A stretch of DNA of 60,874 nt, counting the filler, from Nitrospinae bacterium RIFCSPLOWO2_12_FULL_45_22 (lineage in GTDB: Bacteria; 2-12-FULL-45-22), in NCBI GenBank assembly GCA_001803565.1. It is 5 parts of 5 records of this genome, joined end to end, with 100 filler letters (N's around TTAATTAATTAA, not from the genome) between each part and the next. Parts side by side here need not be neighbours in the genome. Positions count along the whole stretch, not along the records: positions 1 to 17,682 come from MHDQ01000043.1; positions 17,783 to 33,903 come from MHDQ01000044.1; 3 more parts are not named here. One strand, 5' to 3'. A model generated the notes under the pieces. The model worked only from the letters and a program-made list of their open reading frames with translations. It made no database searches and had not been told where the DNA came from. Position 1 is the stretch's first letter, and the number at the start of each line of letters is the position of its first letter. Positions 9,115-18,837 of the stretch are shown one piece after another. The translations under genes and the position numbers were made by a program.

Positions 9115-10533
9115 TTACTTGACCTCCTGGTATTTGGTACGTTTAGCCCAACCCCAGGGATCAAACCCACCCCGCTTATCCCACATCTCTTGGTGTTCCT
9201 TCATCTTTTTTTTCAGGTTTTCAGGCACAGTCTTGACGCCTTGCCGGTCTTTGGCCTTCTTCGCTTCATAAATATGTGGATAAGGAGGAAAATGCTCTGC
9301 ACTGGTCACCGGCCGATAATTAGGCGCTTTGCGCCAGAAATACTCCTTCTGGAGCTGCGGTATGGAGAAGAATCCTGGGCCATAAGTCGGATCATCTGTC
9401 ACTCTTTTGCCAAACTTAACATCACCGTACCAGAGATAGACTCTGAAGTCCCGGTAAAGATCAACAATCTGGGCTACTGAACGGGGATAGCCGCCCCCGA
9501 CATTACCACCTGGGTCCACCCGGTCGTATTTATAATCGCATATCCGATATAGATTTCCCTGACGGTCATACTGTTCGAATCGGATGAAATACTTGGTATG
9601 CTTTTCAATCCACCAGAGCATATGGCCCAGATAGTAATTGGGATCATACTTATGGACCATCTTGACTACGTAGCACTCTATACAACCATCTTTACGGTAG
9701 GGATTCTGCTCTACACCCAAGACCCCGGGCAGCAGGTCTTTAAGATTATCTACAATACTCTTGGGCTCGCCCATCATACCGCCTTTGACTCCAGCGCTAT
9801 CACATATTACATCTTCACCCACGATCCAGTAATCATACTCCCAGGGCTGGCGCTCACCATTGTCATCGTTACTGAAGGGATAGCCCAGGGAATCATCCTG
9901 CCGGTCACCACCGGCCGAGCGTCTAACCCGCCTCAGGGCTGGGACCCAGGCATAGCGGTCCGGGTCTTTCCATTTCTTGGGGGTATTATTATATTTGACC
10001 ATCAACTGAGAAAAACCCCGCAGCTCGGGCGGGTTATCCAGCAAAGAAAAATAGCTCAGGAAGACGTCATTGGTGCCTACCTTGCCTGACCGATCATAAT
10101 TTACTACATCGTCATAATCATCCCAGGGGCTGAGCCGCCTGACATAGAGATTCCTGCCGGTGACCAATCCCCTTTTATTGATTAAGGGGGTATACAATAC
10201 CAGGTCAACATATTTGCCGCCCCAGAAGAGAAAATCACTGAAGAAATATAATTGTTCGCCCGTATAGGGGACATCTTTTCTGGGCCAGGTGGGTTTGTAG
10301 GGGAAGGGGCCTTTGGGTACCCAGGGATAGTCTGGGTCACGTTCCGTGTTGGAAGGTATTGGTTCGGGATATTCTACCCAGCCTTCAATGGTTGAAGGTG
10401 CTGGGGCATATTTATCCTTCGCGGTTTCTTCTGCCCAGCTTAAATTTGTTATACTGCAGATCCCGCATAATAACATCACCACTACCGACAGCGCTAGAAC
10501 TTTTAGCCCTCTTATCATAACCAGTCCCTCCAC
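9115..10533 (-). CDS. DUF1329-family periplasmic protein (lipoprotein-sorting-like)
   Basis: Signal peptide; NPPELRG, YAWVPALRRVRR and YDRQGNLYR motifs typical of DUF1329. Confidence 0.75.
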   Translation of the reverse strand: MEGLVMIRGLKVLALSVVVMLLCGICSITNLSWAEETAKDKYAPAPSTIEGWVEYPEPIPSNTERDPDYPWVPKGPFPYKPTWPRKDVPYTGEQLYFFSDFLFWGGKYVDLVLYTPLINKRGLVTGRNLYVRRLSPWDDYDDVVNYDRSGKVGTNDVFLSYFSLLDNPPELRGFSQLMVKYNNTPKKWKDPDRYAWVPALRRVRRSAGGDRQDDSLGYPFSNDDNGERQPWEYDYWIVGEDVICDSAGVKGGMMGEPKSIVDNLKDLLPGVLGVEQNPYRKDGCIECYVVKMVHKYDPNYYLGHMLWWIEKHTKYFIRFEQYDRQGNLYRICDYKYDRVDPGGNVGGGYPRSVAQIVDLYRDFRVYLWYGDVKFGKRVTDDPTYGPGFFSIPQLQKEYFWRKAPNYRPVTSAEHFPPYPHIYEAKKAKDRQGVKTVPENLKKKMKEHQEMWDKRGGFDPWGWAKRTKYQEVK

Positions 10534-10554
10534 TAGGAAAAAGAGTTAACCACT

Positions 10555-10666
10555 GTAACCGTTCACCCACTTATCCACTGAAGGGTCATTCTGAGCCAAA
10601 GCGAAGAATCTCTTTCGCTGGAGACCCTTCGCTACGCTCAGGGTGACAGTCTCAGTGAACGGTTAC
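10555..10666. mobile_element. MITE with GTAACCGTTCAC/GTGAACGGTTAC termini and perfect 8-bp target-site duplication TAACCACT
   Basis: taaccact|gtaaccgttcac...gtgaacggttac|taaccact; perfect 12-bp TIR. Confidence 0.88.
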
Positions 10667-10721
10667 TAACCACTTATCGCTTTGTCAGCGCCATTTGAGA
10701 TATTAGAAATAAACTCCTTGC

Positions 10722-11978
10722 TTATTTAACCCCTACTAAGTTGGATAAGAAGGGTGCATATTTTGGCAAAAGGGCATCTGAAGAGACATTTTCTCCCCGA
10801 GGAATAACAACAATGCCTGTCTCACTGACCAGGAACCGTTCTCTATCCCGCACTGGATCATAGCCAATATCTATGCCTGCGGGGATAGTGGCGAATTTGT
10901 CAATAATAGCGCGCCGAACTCTGGCCCCGGCCCCCATCCTTACTCCCTCCAGGATGATAGATTCCCGCACCGTGGCATTGGCATCAATTTGTACCTCAGG
11001 AGATAGGATAGAGTTCTCTACTACCGCGCCCCGGATAAGGCATCCCGGGGAAATAATAGAGTTAACGATAGTAGCTACCTGGGGTACTCCATCAGTTGAG
11101 GGGACAACCCTGGCGGGCGAGAATTGTCCCTGATAAGTCCTGATAGGCCATCGGGCATTATAAAGGTTTAGAGGGGAATGGGGAAAGAGCAAGTCCATCT
11201 GGGCCTCAAAATATGCCTCTATAGTCCCTACATCCCGCCAGTATAAAGGCTTTCCACTGGTTTTGTCTACAAAGGGATAGGCATATGCCTGACCTTTACC
11301 AATCATATTTGGTATTATGTCCTTACCAAAATCATGCGGGGTATTCCGAGAACTATCTTCCTCCAACTGTTTATACAGAGTTTGCCGGTTAAAGATATAT
11401 ACCCCCATAGAGGCAAAAGGCCTTCCTGAGACAAAGGGGGGCTTTTCCCGGAAGCCAATAATCCGACCGTCTCTATCTGTCTCTATAATACCGAATTGAT
11501 GGGCCTGGTTGCCATTGACCGGTATAGCCCCCACGGTTAATTCTGCCCCCCTGGCCCTATGGAAATGGAGCATATCTCTATAATCCATGGCATAGACATG
11601 ATCACCGGAAAGGATCAGGACTTCCTCGGGCTTAATCTTATCTATAAAATAGATATTCTGATAAACCGCATCGGCTGTACCCCGGTACCAATCCTCATGG
11701 ACCCGCTTCTGGGGAGGGAGGGGAATAATGAAGTCACCTACTTCTTCCGAGAAAATGTTCCAGCCCATCCGCAGGTGTCGCTCCAGGGAGGCAGATTTAT
11801 ATTGGGTCAGGACGGCAATCTTTCTCAACCCTGAATTGATACAGTTGCTCAGGGTGAAATCTATTAGCCGATAGATGCCAGCAAAAGGGACGGCTGGCTT
11901 AGCCCGATCTCTGGTCAAAGGGGAGAGCCTTTCCCCTTTTCCTCCACACAATATGAGGGCCACTACATCCTCCATCAT
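10722..11978 (-). CDS. glgC: Glucose-1-phosphate adenylyltransferase
   Basis: GGKGERLSPLTRDRAKPAVPF, WYRGTADAVYQN, DFGKDIIP, YWRDVGT. Confidence 0.95.
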   Translation of the reverse strand: MMEDVVALILCGGKGERLSPLTRDRAKPAVPFAGIYRLIDFTLSNCINSGLRKIAVLTQYKSASLERHLRMGWNIFSEEVGDFIIPLPPQKRVHEDWYRGTADAVYQNIYFIDKIKPEEVLILSGDHVYAMDYRDMLHFHRARGAELTVGAIPVNGNQAHQFGIIETDRDGRIIGFREKPPFVSGRPFASMGVYIFNRQTLYKQLEEDSSRNTPHDFGKDIIPNMIGKGQAYAYPFVDKTSGKPLYWRDVGTIEAYFEAQMDLLFPHSPLNLYNARWPIRTYQGQFSPARVVPSTDGVPQVATIVNSIISPGCLIRGAVVENSILSPEVQIDANATVRESIILEGVRMGAGARVRRAIIDKFATIPAGIDIGYDPVRDRERFLVSETGIVVIPRGENVSSDALLPKYAPFLSNLVGVK

Positions 11979-12077
11979 GTCCCCTCACCTCCCCTTACTT
12001 TAGGGCTGATTTCTTAACTGTACTTGCCCCACACTTAAGCGTTCAGCTATCAGCCATCAGTTTTCAGCTAAATACAA

Positions 12078-12500
12078 TTATGCCTTCCAGCTCTTACCCG
12101 CAGCCAGCTCGGCATATTTTCTTATTATGTCACTGTTACTTATTATCCCGATTATGTTTTCTCCATCGAATACTGGCAGACGGCGATAGCCCAGGGTCTT
12201 CATCAGATGTGCGCAATATTTTACCGGGCAGTCAGGGGCAATAGTGACTACTGGCTTGTTCATTATGTCTCCCACGGTATAGTTCCGCTGCCCTACCCCG
12301 GGCTCTACAAATTTATCTATCAGGTCCCGCCGGCTAACAATGCCATAGGCATCATGCTTGCTCCGTTTATTAACAATCAAGCAAGAGACATTCTCTCCCG
12401 CCATCCGCTTTATGGCTTCCCAGAGAGCAACATCCTCATCAATAAACTTCACTTCCCTGGTCATAATCTCTTTTACCGGCATCTCCCTTACTTTTTCCAT
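12078..12500 (-). CDS. CBS-domain pair protein
   Basis: VKEIMTR, VGDIMNKPV and RRLPV...GIISNSDII tandem CBS motifs. Confidence 0.9.
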   Translation of the reverse strand: MEKVREMPVKEIMTREVKFIDEDVALWEAIKRMAGENVSCLIVNKRSKHDAYGIVSRRDLIDKFVEPGVGQRNYTVGDIMNKPVVTIAPDCPVKYCAHLMKTLGYRRLPVFDGENIIGIISNSDIIRKYAELAAGKSWKA

Positions 12501-12517
12501 AAAAAACCCCCTCTCGG

Positions 12518-12721
12518 CTAACGCTCTACACGGAAAGATACCTCTGCCCGCACCCGATACATATCTACCTTATCATCCTTCATCCTTACATCAAACTCGC
12601 TAACCCCTATGCGGGTTATACCCCGCAGGGTCTTCTGGGCCTCAGCAATGACATTATGGGTGGCTTCTTCCCAACTCTTCTCTGACTCCCCTACTAAGGT
12701 AATAATCTTTACTACTGACAT
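12518..12721 (-). CDS. Dodecin family protein
   Basis: VVKIITLVGESEKSWEEA...AQKTLRGI...YRVRAEVSFRVE. Confidence 0.9.
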   Translation of the reverse strand: MSVVKIITLVGESEKSWEEATHNVIAEAQKTLRGITRIGVSEFDVRMKDDKVDMYRVRAEVSFRVER

Positions 12722-12801
12722 CTCTCTTCACCTCCCTTTCGCTGGTTCATCAATTATTAGACCAGATAGTTATTGCTTATATAAGGGCATAAATATCAGA
12801 A

Positions 12802-12817
12802 AGCAATTTTTATGCCA
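12802..12817 (-). promoter_or_regulatory. Sigma54 (-24/-12) promoter upstream of dodecin-CBS-glgC
   Basis: Minus strand TGGCATAAAAATTGCT matches TGGCAY-N5-TTGCW. Confidence 0.65.
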
Positions 12818-13241
12818 CACCAATCTTTCCGGTACCACATCGGTATAGGCAATGGAAATGGGAGACATGAAGCTACTTGCATCATTAGCGTTTGTGCCCC
12901 TCCCTATAGCGCCTCTTTCATAAGCAAGAAGGCTATCTCGGGAACGGGCAGGGTGTCTCAATTATGACACAGTGGGGCGACGATTTGACGCAGTTGAGCC
13001 ATCCTGACTATAGAGGGATTTGATAGGGATTTAGCCAAAAAAAAATAGGTGATTTTACCCCCCTTAAATAGGGTAGAGTACCAATTGTTTGTAGCCCGTC
13101 AGACTCTTATATTATATAGCGGAAAGAGGAGAAAGGATACCGAGGAAGCTTTCCAAAAAGGATGCTGAGGATGATCTTCAGCGCCATGGGTTAACCACGG
13201 TATTGGTCGGGCTTACTCGACCTAGTAAGGAGGTGTTGATC

Positions 13242-13700
13242 ATGAGGCGTTATTATGGAGGCGGCAAGGTAAAGGCGGGTTTTTATTGGAACCCTCAAGG
13301 GTGGGAAATACATCCTATACCAGGCAAGGGAGCGATCTTACCAGGAGAGGCAGGCACCCACTATTATAGAGTACCTATGCTCCTTATGCTCTTTGGTGCC
13401 CCACTGTTAGGCATGGCGTATGTGCTCTTTCTGCCTTTTATTGGTTTTGCTATGGTCTTGAGCTTCCTGGGCCAGAAGCTCTATCACCTTGGGCAGAGGG
13501 TTGCTTACAGCCTGCTGGATGTAGTGGTCATCAATTGGAGACCTGGCGAGGCTTATCTGGTAGGGAAGAAAAAGGGAGGCCAAAAAAGGGTTCTTGCGCC
13601 ACCTGAAGAGACCCCCGGGGTTATCGAGACTAAAGAGGAGGATTATCTGGCGGAATTAGAGAAAGAAATAGCTGCCAGGCGGGAAGCAGAAAAGCGCTAG
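13242..13700 (+). CDS. Hypothetical membrane protein
   Basis: AAGGAGG RBS before ATG 13242; central TM hairpin PLLGMAYVLFLPFIGF. Confidence 0.7.
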   Translation: MRRYYGGGKVKAGFYWNPQGWEIHPIPGKGAILPGEAGTHYYRVPMLLMLFGAPLLGMAYVLFLPFIGFAMVLSFLGQKLYHLGQRVAYSLLDVVVINWRPGEAYLVGKKKGGQKRVLAPPEETPGVIETKEEDYLAELEKEIAARREAEKR

Positions 13701-14350
13701 GTGGTTATGATCCCTTTGCGGAGGGCAAACTTTATCAGTTCAGTACGGGTATGTAAATCCAGCTTGACCATAATATTGGTGCGGTGGGCCATCACCGTCT
13801 TGACACTAATACCGAGGATTTGGGCAATCCCTTTGCTGGTGTGGCCCTCCGCAATCAATTTTAGCACCTGCTTCTCCCGGTCAGATAAAGACTCATACGG
13901 GTCTTCACTGATCTCTTCCCTGTGCCTCTCTACATAACCTTCTATCACACCTCTGGCTACCTGAGGATGGAGAAAAGAGCCACCTTGATAAACCGCCCGG
14001 ATAGCCGAGACTAGCTCGGCCCCACCAGACTTCTTAAGCACATAACCAACTGCCCCGGCCTGTAAGAAGCGGAAGATGTACTCTTTGTCCTCATACTGGG
14101 TCAGGACAATAATCTTTGTCTTGGGGCTTATTTTGTGCAATTCCAGGGTAGCTTCCAGGCCACCTAAGCCAGGCATGGCAATATCCATAAGGACTATGTC
14201 CGGAGAAAACTTCATTGCTTGAGTAATGGCCTCCTTCCCATTACTGGCTTCCCCTACTACCTCTATATCCGGGTATTGGGAGAGTAGTGATCGGATACCT
14301 TCCCGTAATAGGGCATGATCATCGGCAATCAGAACCTTGATTTTATCCAT
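13697..14350 (-). CDS. NarL/LuxR-family response regulator
   Basis: IADDH and LMDIAMP receiver motifs; LSDREKQVL LuxR HTH. Confidence 0.95.
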   Translation of the reverse strand: MDKIKVLIADDHALLREGIRSLLSQYPDIEVVGEASNGKEAITQAMKFSPDIVLMDIAMPGLGGLEATLELHKISPKTKIIVLTQYEDKEYIFRFLQAGAVGYVLKKSGGAELVSAIRAVYQGGSFLHPQVARGVIEGYVERHREEISEDPYESLSDREKQVLKLIAEGHTSKGIAQILGISVKTVMAHRTNIMVKLDLHTRTELIKFALRKGIITT

Positions 14351-14355
14351 AATTA

Positions 14356-14592
14356 GTAACTATTCAGCCACAAAAAGGCCCAAAAAAACATCAGGTTATT
14401 CAATGTAAAATGCAAAATTAACAATTAGCATTTCAAAATTAAAAACTGAAACTAAAGAATTTATAGAAACAGGGAGACCAAATATCCCATTCTCCAGTCT
14501 CTATTAGTCTCCTGGTTTCTCTAATTGCTAATTTTACATTGCTAATTTTGTAATGAAGGCAACCAGTGCTCCTTAGAAACCTGAGTAATTAC
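14356..14592. repeat. Nested palindromic element with GTAACTATTCAG/CTGAGTAATTAC termini
   Basis: Shares its ~170-bp core with 2385-2552; the right terminus contains the TAA stop of the kinase gene. Confidence 0.75.
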
Positions 14593-16427
14593 GATAAAGG
14601 CGCTTCGATAGTAATGCGAGTACCCATAGCCGGTGCGGTTTCCAGGGTAAAGGAGCCTCCTAGTTGATTGATCCTTTCTTTCATCCCCAGGAGTCCTAAT
14701 CCCCTCTTTTTATCGGTTGAGCTTTTCAGTTCCTCAACATCAAAACCCTTGCCATCATCTTCTATTTCTATGCTGACCATTTGGTCTCTTTGGCTATAAC
14801 CTATAACCACATTCTCTGCCTGGGCATGTTTAGCAATATTATTAATCGCCTCTTGCATTACCCGGAATATGGCAGTCTCTATCGGAGCTGGGAGTCTTTC
14901 CCTCTCTTCCTTTCCTTCAAAGGTTATCCCTACCCCAAGGGGTTCTAGTTGTCTCTGCGCATACCACTGGATAGCGGGTAGAAGCCCTAAGTCGTCTAAC
15001 ATCGCGGGCCGCAGAGCAAAGATAAGGCGATGGATACCATCCAGTATCTCTTCAGCTAAGGAGCGGGTATCCTGGAGTTTCTTTTTGAATGAAGTGTCGG
15101 GAGATTTCTCCATCTGGGTATCTAGAGCCAGTATCAAGGCGGAAAGGCTCTGGCTGGTCTCATCATGCAGCTCCCGGGCCATCCGCTTACGTTCGTCCTC
15201 CTGGGCAGAGATCACTTTCTTTAATAATTCCTGATGGGCCAGCTCTTTTCTCTTTAATGCCGCTTGAGAGGTTTCCAGTTCCTTAGTCCGTTCTTTAACC
15301 CGTTGCTCTAATTCACGATTCCATTGTTCTATAGTATCAATAGAGTCTTTGAGCTTCACCCGCATATGGTCAAAGGTCAGGGCTAATCTACCAATTTCAT
15401 CCTGCCCTGAGACGGGAATGGGCTCTTCTAAATCGCCCGAGGAGATCCTTTGGGCTGCCTGCGTTAGGCTATTTACCGGCCGGGTAATGCTCAGGCCAAT
15501 CCCCCAGGCCAATACTATGGCCAAAAGGAACAGGAACAAACTATACATTAAAATCCGGCGCAACATACCTCTGGCGGGTGCTAACACCTCAGCCTCAGCC
15601 TGTCTGATAGATACCCCCCACGGCGCCATAGCCAGGGGGACAAAGGCGATAACCTCCTGGGCTCGGCCCGTTCTCCCAACCAGACTGGTATCTTCATGAC
15701 AACTGTGACAGGTACCTACCGCAGTCTTCTTGGTTTGAATGAGGTTGGACAGGTAATTACCGTGATCAGTTGGTTTAAGTCCCCGCTGAGGGATAGAGGA
15801 ACTAATGACCCTGCCTCCCTCATCAATAATATCGAGATAACCGGTATGGTTACGGTTGAGGGCAGGGAAATTGTGCATAAAATAAGGACTACTGGGATTC
15901 ATAATGCCCCCTACCCATCCTACCAGCTTACCTTGCCAGTTTTTGATCGGCATAAAGGCAAAGGGGCCTTCGTCTTCTATTAACGATGAAATAATGGGCC
16001 TATTATCCCTTAATAATCTTTTTATGGTGGGGTTAGTAAAAAGATCTCTGCCTGACCACTCTTTGCGATAAGGTTCGCTCCAGAGGAGGGCACCCTGGGT
16101 ATTGAGTAGAAACACTCCCCCACTAAAAATGGAATTGAGATAAGCATTATGGAGGGCCTCTTTTTCGGGGGTAAGGTCACTGTCTTCCAGGTCCACACCG
16201 GGTAAGGACGATACTGCTTCTAAACGGCTAAGGTTTTGCTGGAGGATATAATCCCAATGATTAGCTATGGCCTGGGTTAAAGTTAGCCGTTCCTGGAAAG
16301 TACGCTGGATATTTTCCTGCATACCGAGATAGCCCGAAATATTCAGGGTGCCAATAATAACCAGCATGCCCATTATCACCAGTACCATGACCCTTCGTTT
16401 GAGGCTGGAAAAAACCCTTCTTTTCAC
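14589..16427 (-). CDS. Sensor histidine kinase (Cache-like domain with CxxCH, HAMP, HisKA_3, HATPase)
   Basis: Two TM segments; CHSCH in the extracytoplasmic region; ERKRMARELHDE H-box; QEAINNIAKH, DDGKGF and GLGLLGM boxes. Confidence 0.92.
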   Translation of the reverse strand: MKRRVFSSLKRRVMVLVIMGMLVIIGTLNISGYLGMQENIQRTFQERLTLTQAIANHWDYILQQNLSRLEAVSSLPGVDLEDSDLTPEKEALHNAYLNSIFSGGVFLLNTQGALLWSEPYRKEWSGRDLFTNPTIKRLLRDNRPIISSLIEDEGPFAFMPIKNWQGKLVGWVGGIMNPSSPYFMHNFPALNRNHTGYLDIIDEGGRVISSSIPQRGLKPTDHGNYLSNLIQTKKTAVGTCHSCHEDTSLVGRTGRAQEVIAFVPLAMAPWGVSIRQAEAEVLAPARGMLRRILMYSLFLFLLAIVLAWGIGLSITRPVNSLTQAAQRISSGDLEEPIPVSGQDEIGRLALTFDHMRVKLKDSIDTIEQWNRELEQRVKERTKELETSQAALKRKELAHQELLKKVISAQEDERKRMARELHDETSQSLSALILALDTQMEKSPDTSFKKKLQDTRSLAEEILDGIHRLIFALRPAMLDDLGLLPAIQWYAQRQLEPLGVGITFEGKEERERLPAPIETAIFRVMQEAINNIAKHAQAENVVIGYSQRDQMVSIEIEDDGKGFDVEELKSSTDKKRGLGLLGMKERINQLGGSFTLETAPAMGTRITIEAPLS

Positions 16428-16960
16428 CTTTCACGCACCATGCTTTTGGCGATCTTTAAGAGCTCGGTCTCTGAGAACCGGGCAGTAATAATAACCTGCC
16501 GGTCAGAACCCCTCCACCATACGCAGTTCCACCTCTGCCCATCGTCCTTAATAAAGGAGGCAAAGGTGGCCGCCTGCCTATTCAGCTTAATAGGTATTTC
16601 CTGGCCATAGGAGTTTAGCGGGAACAGTTCGGGGAGGGAAGGGGTTTGTTCAGAAAAAACCTGATGGATAGTCATCATTAAATCTTGATTTCTTCGATCA
16701 CGAAAGGATAATGAAACCATGCGATAAGGCCTTTGCTGTGCCTGTGTCTCTGCCGGAGGCCAGGAGATATAATCGGGGAAATAGGCCGGTAGAAGCAGTT
16801 TGATTCTTAATTTATACTCCGCTTCTTCTACCGCATTAAAGGTTTGCATAGCTTGATCCTTATAGATCAACGGTGGGATCCCATTCAAAACAAACAATGT
16901 CCCGGTTACAATTCCCATAACCAGCATTAATGAGATCAATATCTTAAAAAGCTCTTTCAT
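16424..16960 (-). CDS. Hypothetical membrane-anchored protein
   Basis: N-terminal TM, LLPAYFP motif, ends ELLKIAKS; overlaps the kinase start. Confidence 0.7.
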   Translation of the reverse strand: MKELFKILISLMLVMGIVTGTLFVLNGIPPLIYKDQAMQTFNAVEEAEYKLRIKLLLPAYFPDYISWPPAETQAQQRPYRMVSLSFRDRRNQDLMMTIHQVFSEQTPSLPELFPLNSYGQEIPIKLNRQAATFASFIKDDGQRWNCVWWRGSDRQVIITARFSETELLKIAKSMVRER

Positions 16961-16982
16961 CTTTTGTAACTCTCATAATTTC

Positions 16983-17682
16983 TTATACAACAAAAAATAA
17001 GAGCAAGGCAAGGGCCATCGCGGTCATTACTAAGCGGGCATTAGGATAATTAAGATCGGGGTTAGGCCTGGGTCGTGCCAGTCTCTCTACCCGCTCCGTT
17101 AGGCAAGCCTTCTTGGCCTGAAGACCCAAGGATAGCCGGAGCCGGCGGCCCTTTTGTCTTAAAAGGGGGTCTCCTTCTATTATCCGATAGACCTTAATCA
17201 GGCCTGAGGCCAGGGCTAAAGGCTTTTGGCTTATGGCAACTGCCAGATCATCACAGGCCTTTTCTGTATCCTGTATAATACGGCGAAAAGCGATAAGGAC
17301 GATGGGATTAAAGAACATCAGGATACGGAAAAAAAATAACACCCCCAGTTTCAGATGATCTCTCCGGACAATATGAATTATCTCATGTGCCAGGGCCCCT
17401 TTCAATTCATCTGGGTCAAGACTATCTATAATGGATTTAGAGATCAAGATGTCCGACCTGATAAAACCCGAGGTATGGATAATCGGCTTAGTGGAGTTTG
17501 TAAGGACCACGGGGGGGATGCCTCCTCCAAGGCTATCATTTATATCCATCAGGGCCTTTTTTAACTTGGGGCTATTGACCTTACCCGTTTTACTGTGGCG
17601 TCTAATACGCATTACCTGCCTGATGAAAGGGATAACCTCTTGCCCCAGGAAGATAATGCTTACAAGACAAGTGAGAATAATC
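16983..17682 (-). CDS. M56 (BlaR1-like) metallopeptidase, 5' end lost at contig gap
   Basis: LAHEIIHIVRRD zinc motif, FFNP, EKACDD, LALASGL. Confidence 0.85.
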
Positions 17683-17782
17683 NNNNNNNNNNNNNNNNNN
17701 NNNNNNNNNNNNNNNNNNNNNNNNNNTTAATTAATTAANNNNNNNNNNNNNNNNNNNNNNNNNNNNNNNNNNNNNNNNNNNN
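17683..17782. other. Artificial contig linker (N-run with TTAATTAATTAA)
   Basis: Identical 100-nt linkers at 33904-34003, 46034-46133 and 55234-55333. Confidence 0.98.
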
Positions 17783-17989
17783 ACCCGCCGGCCTCTCTTC
17801 GCTACGCCGGAATTGAAAACGAAGATGAAAGATGTTCTGGCAAAGATTCGGTCCGGCGAATTTGCCCGGGAATGGACTGCTGAGCAACAGGCCGGTCAGC
17901 CCTTATTCAATGAATTGAAACGGAAGGCCCTGGAGCATCCATTGAATGCCCTGGAAGATAAAGTCAGGAAAGAATTGAAAGGCGGCTAA
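17783..17989 (+). CDS. ilvC: Ketol-acid reductoisomerase C-terminal end (partial)
   Basis: Own translation ...MKDVLAKIRSGEFAREWTAEQQAGQPLFNELKRKALEHPLNALEDKVRKELKGG*; stop overlaps the pyrK ATG. Confidence 0.75.
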   Translation, partial: TRRPLFATPELKTKMKDVLAKIRSGEFAREWTAEQQAGQPLFNELKRKALEHPLNALEDKVRKELKGG

Positions 17990-18837
17990 TGGAGACTCTC
18001 GTCATGGATAACATTCAACTGGGGCCGAACTATTTTTGTCTGAGGCTCCTCTGCCCCGAAATAGCGCCTGCTTACCAGCCTGGCCAATTCGTTATGCTCC
18101 GGGCATGGGCCGGCTATGACCCTTTACTGCCCAGGCCATTCGCTATTCATCAGACCTGGCAAAGACAAGATCAGGAGCAGCAAGGGATCGATATCCTCTA
18201 CCAGGTAGTAGGCCGGGGTACCAGATTGATGGCTGGACTTAAGCCGGGCGATCAGATATATCTTGTAGGCCCGTTAGGTAAGGGTTTTATTATCCCTGAG
18301 GGACTCCAGAGTGCATTTTTGGTGGGGGGTGGGATGGGGATAGCCCCTTTGCTGGCCCTGGCCCATAAGATTATCCGGGATAGTAGACCATCACCCAAAC
18401 TATCTCTTCTATTAGGTGGCAAGGGGAAAGAAGACCTGTTAAGGGTAAAGGAGTTTATTGAGTTGAAGGTATCGGTTCATCTGGCTACCGAGGATGGGTC
18501 AGTAGGACATAAAGGGTTGGTTACTGAGATGTTGCCTACTATTATACCCCGGCAGCGGCCCCAGGTGATCTATGCCAGTGGTCCAGAGGCAATGCTAAAA
18601 AAGATAGCGCATGAGGCCAGCTACTACGAAATACCGTGTCAGGTATCTTTAGAGAGACTCATGGCCTGCGGGATAGGGGCCTGTTTGAGCTGTGTAACCA
18701 AGACTAGACTAGCACAACCCCCGGAGGGCCTATCGCCAGATGGCGTCAGCCCTACACCATTCCAATACCAGAGGGTATGCCTGGATGGGCCGGTGTTTGA
18801 GGCCCAGGAGGTTATCTGGAATAATGGAGCTGAATAG
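17989..18837 (+). CDS. pyrK: Dihydroorotate dehydrogenase electron transfer subunit
   Basis: PGQFVML, LPRPF, GGGMGIAP and MACGIGACLSC...VCLDGPVF 2Fe-2S motif. Confidence 0.93.
   Translation: METLVMDNIQLGPNYFCLRLLCPEIAPAYQPGQFVMLRAWAGYDPLLPRPFAIHQTWQRQDQEQQGIDILYQVVGRGTRLMAGLKPGDQIYLVGPLGKGFIIPEGLQSAFLVGGGMGIAPLLALAHKIIRDSRPSPKLSLLLGGKGKEDLLRVKEFIELKVSVHLATEDGSVGHKGLVTEMLPTIIPRQRPQVIYASGPEAMLKKIAHEASYYEIPCQVSLERLMACGIGACLSCVTKTRLAQPPEGLSPDGVSPTPFQYQRVCLDGPVFEAQEVIWNNGAE

Noticed and set aside
17683-17782. TTAATTAATTAA motif inside N-runs (four copies) and ORFs running into them
   Set aside because: Artificial all-frame-stop contig linker; adjacency across linkers is not biological.
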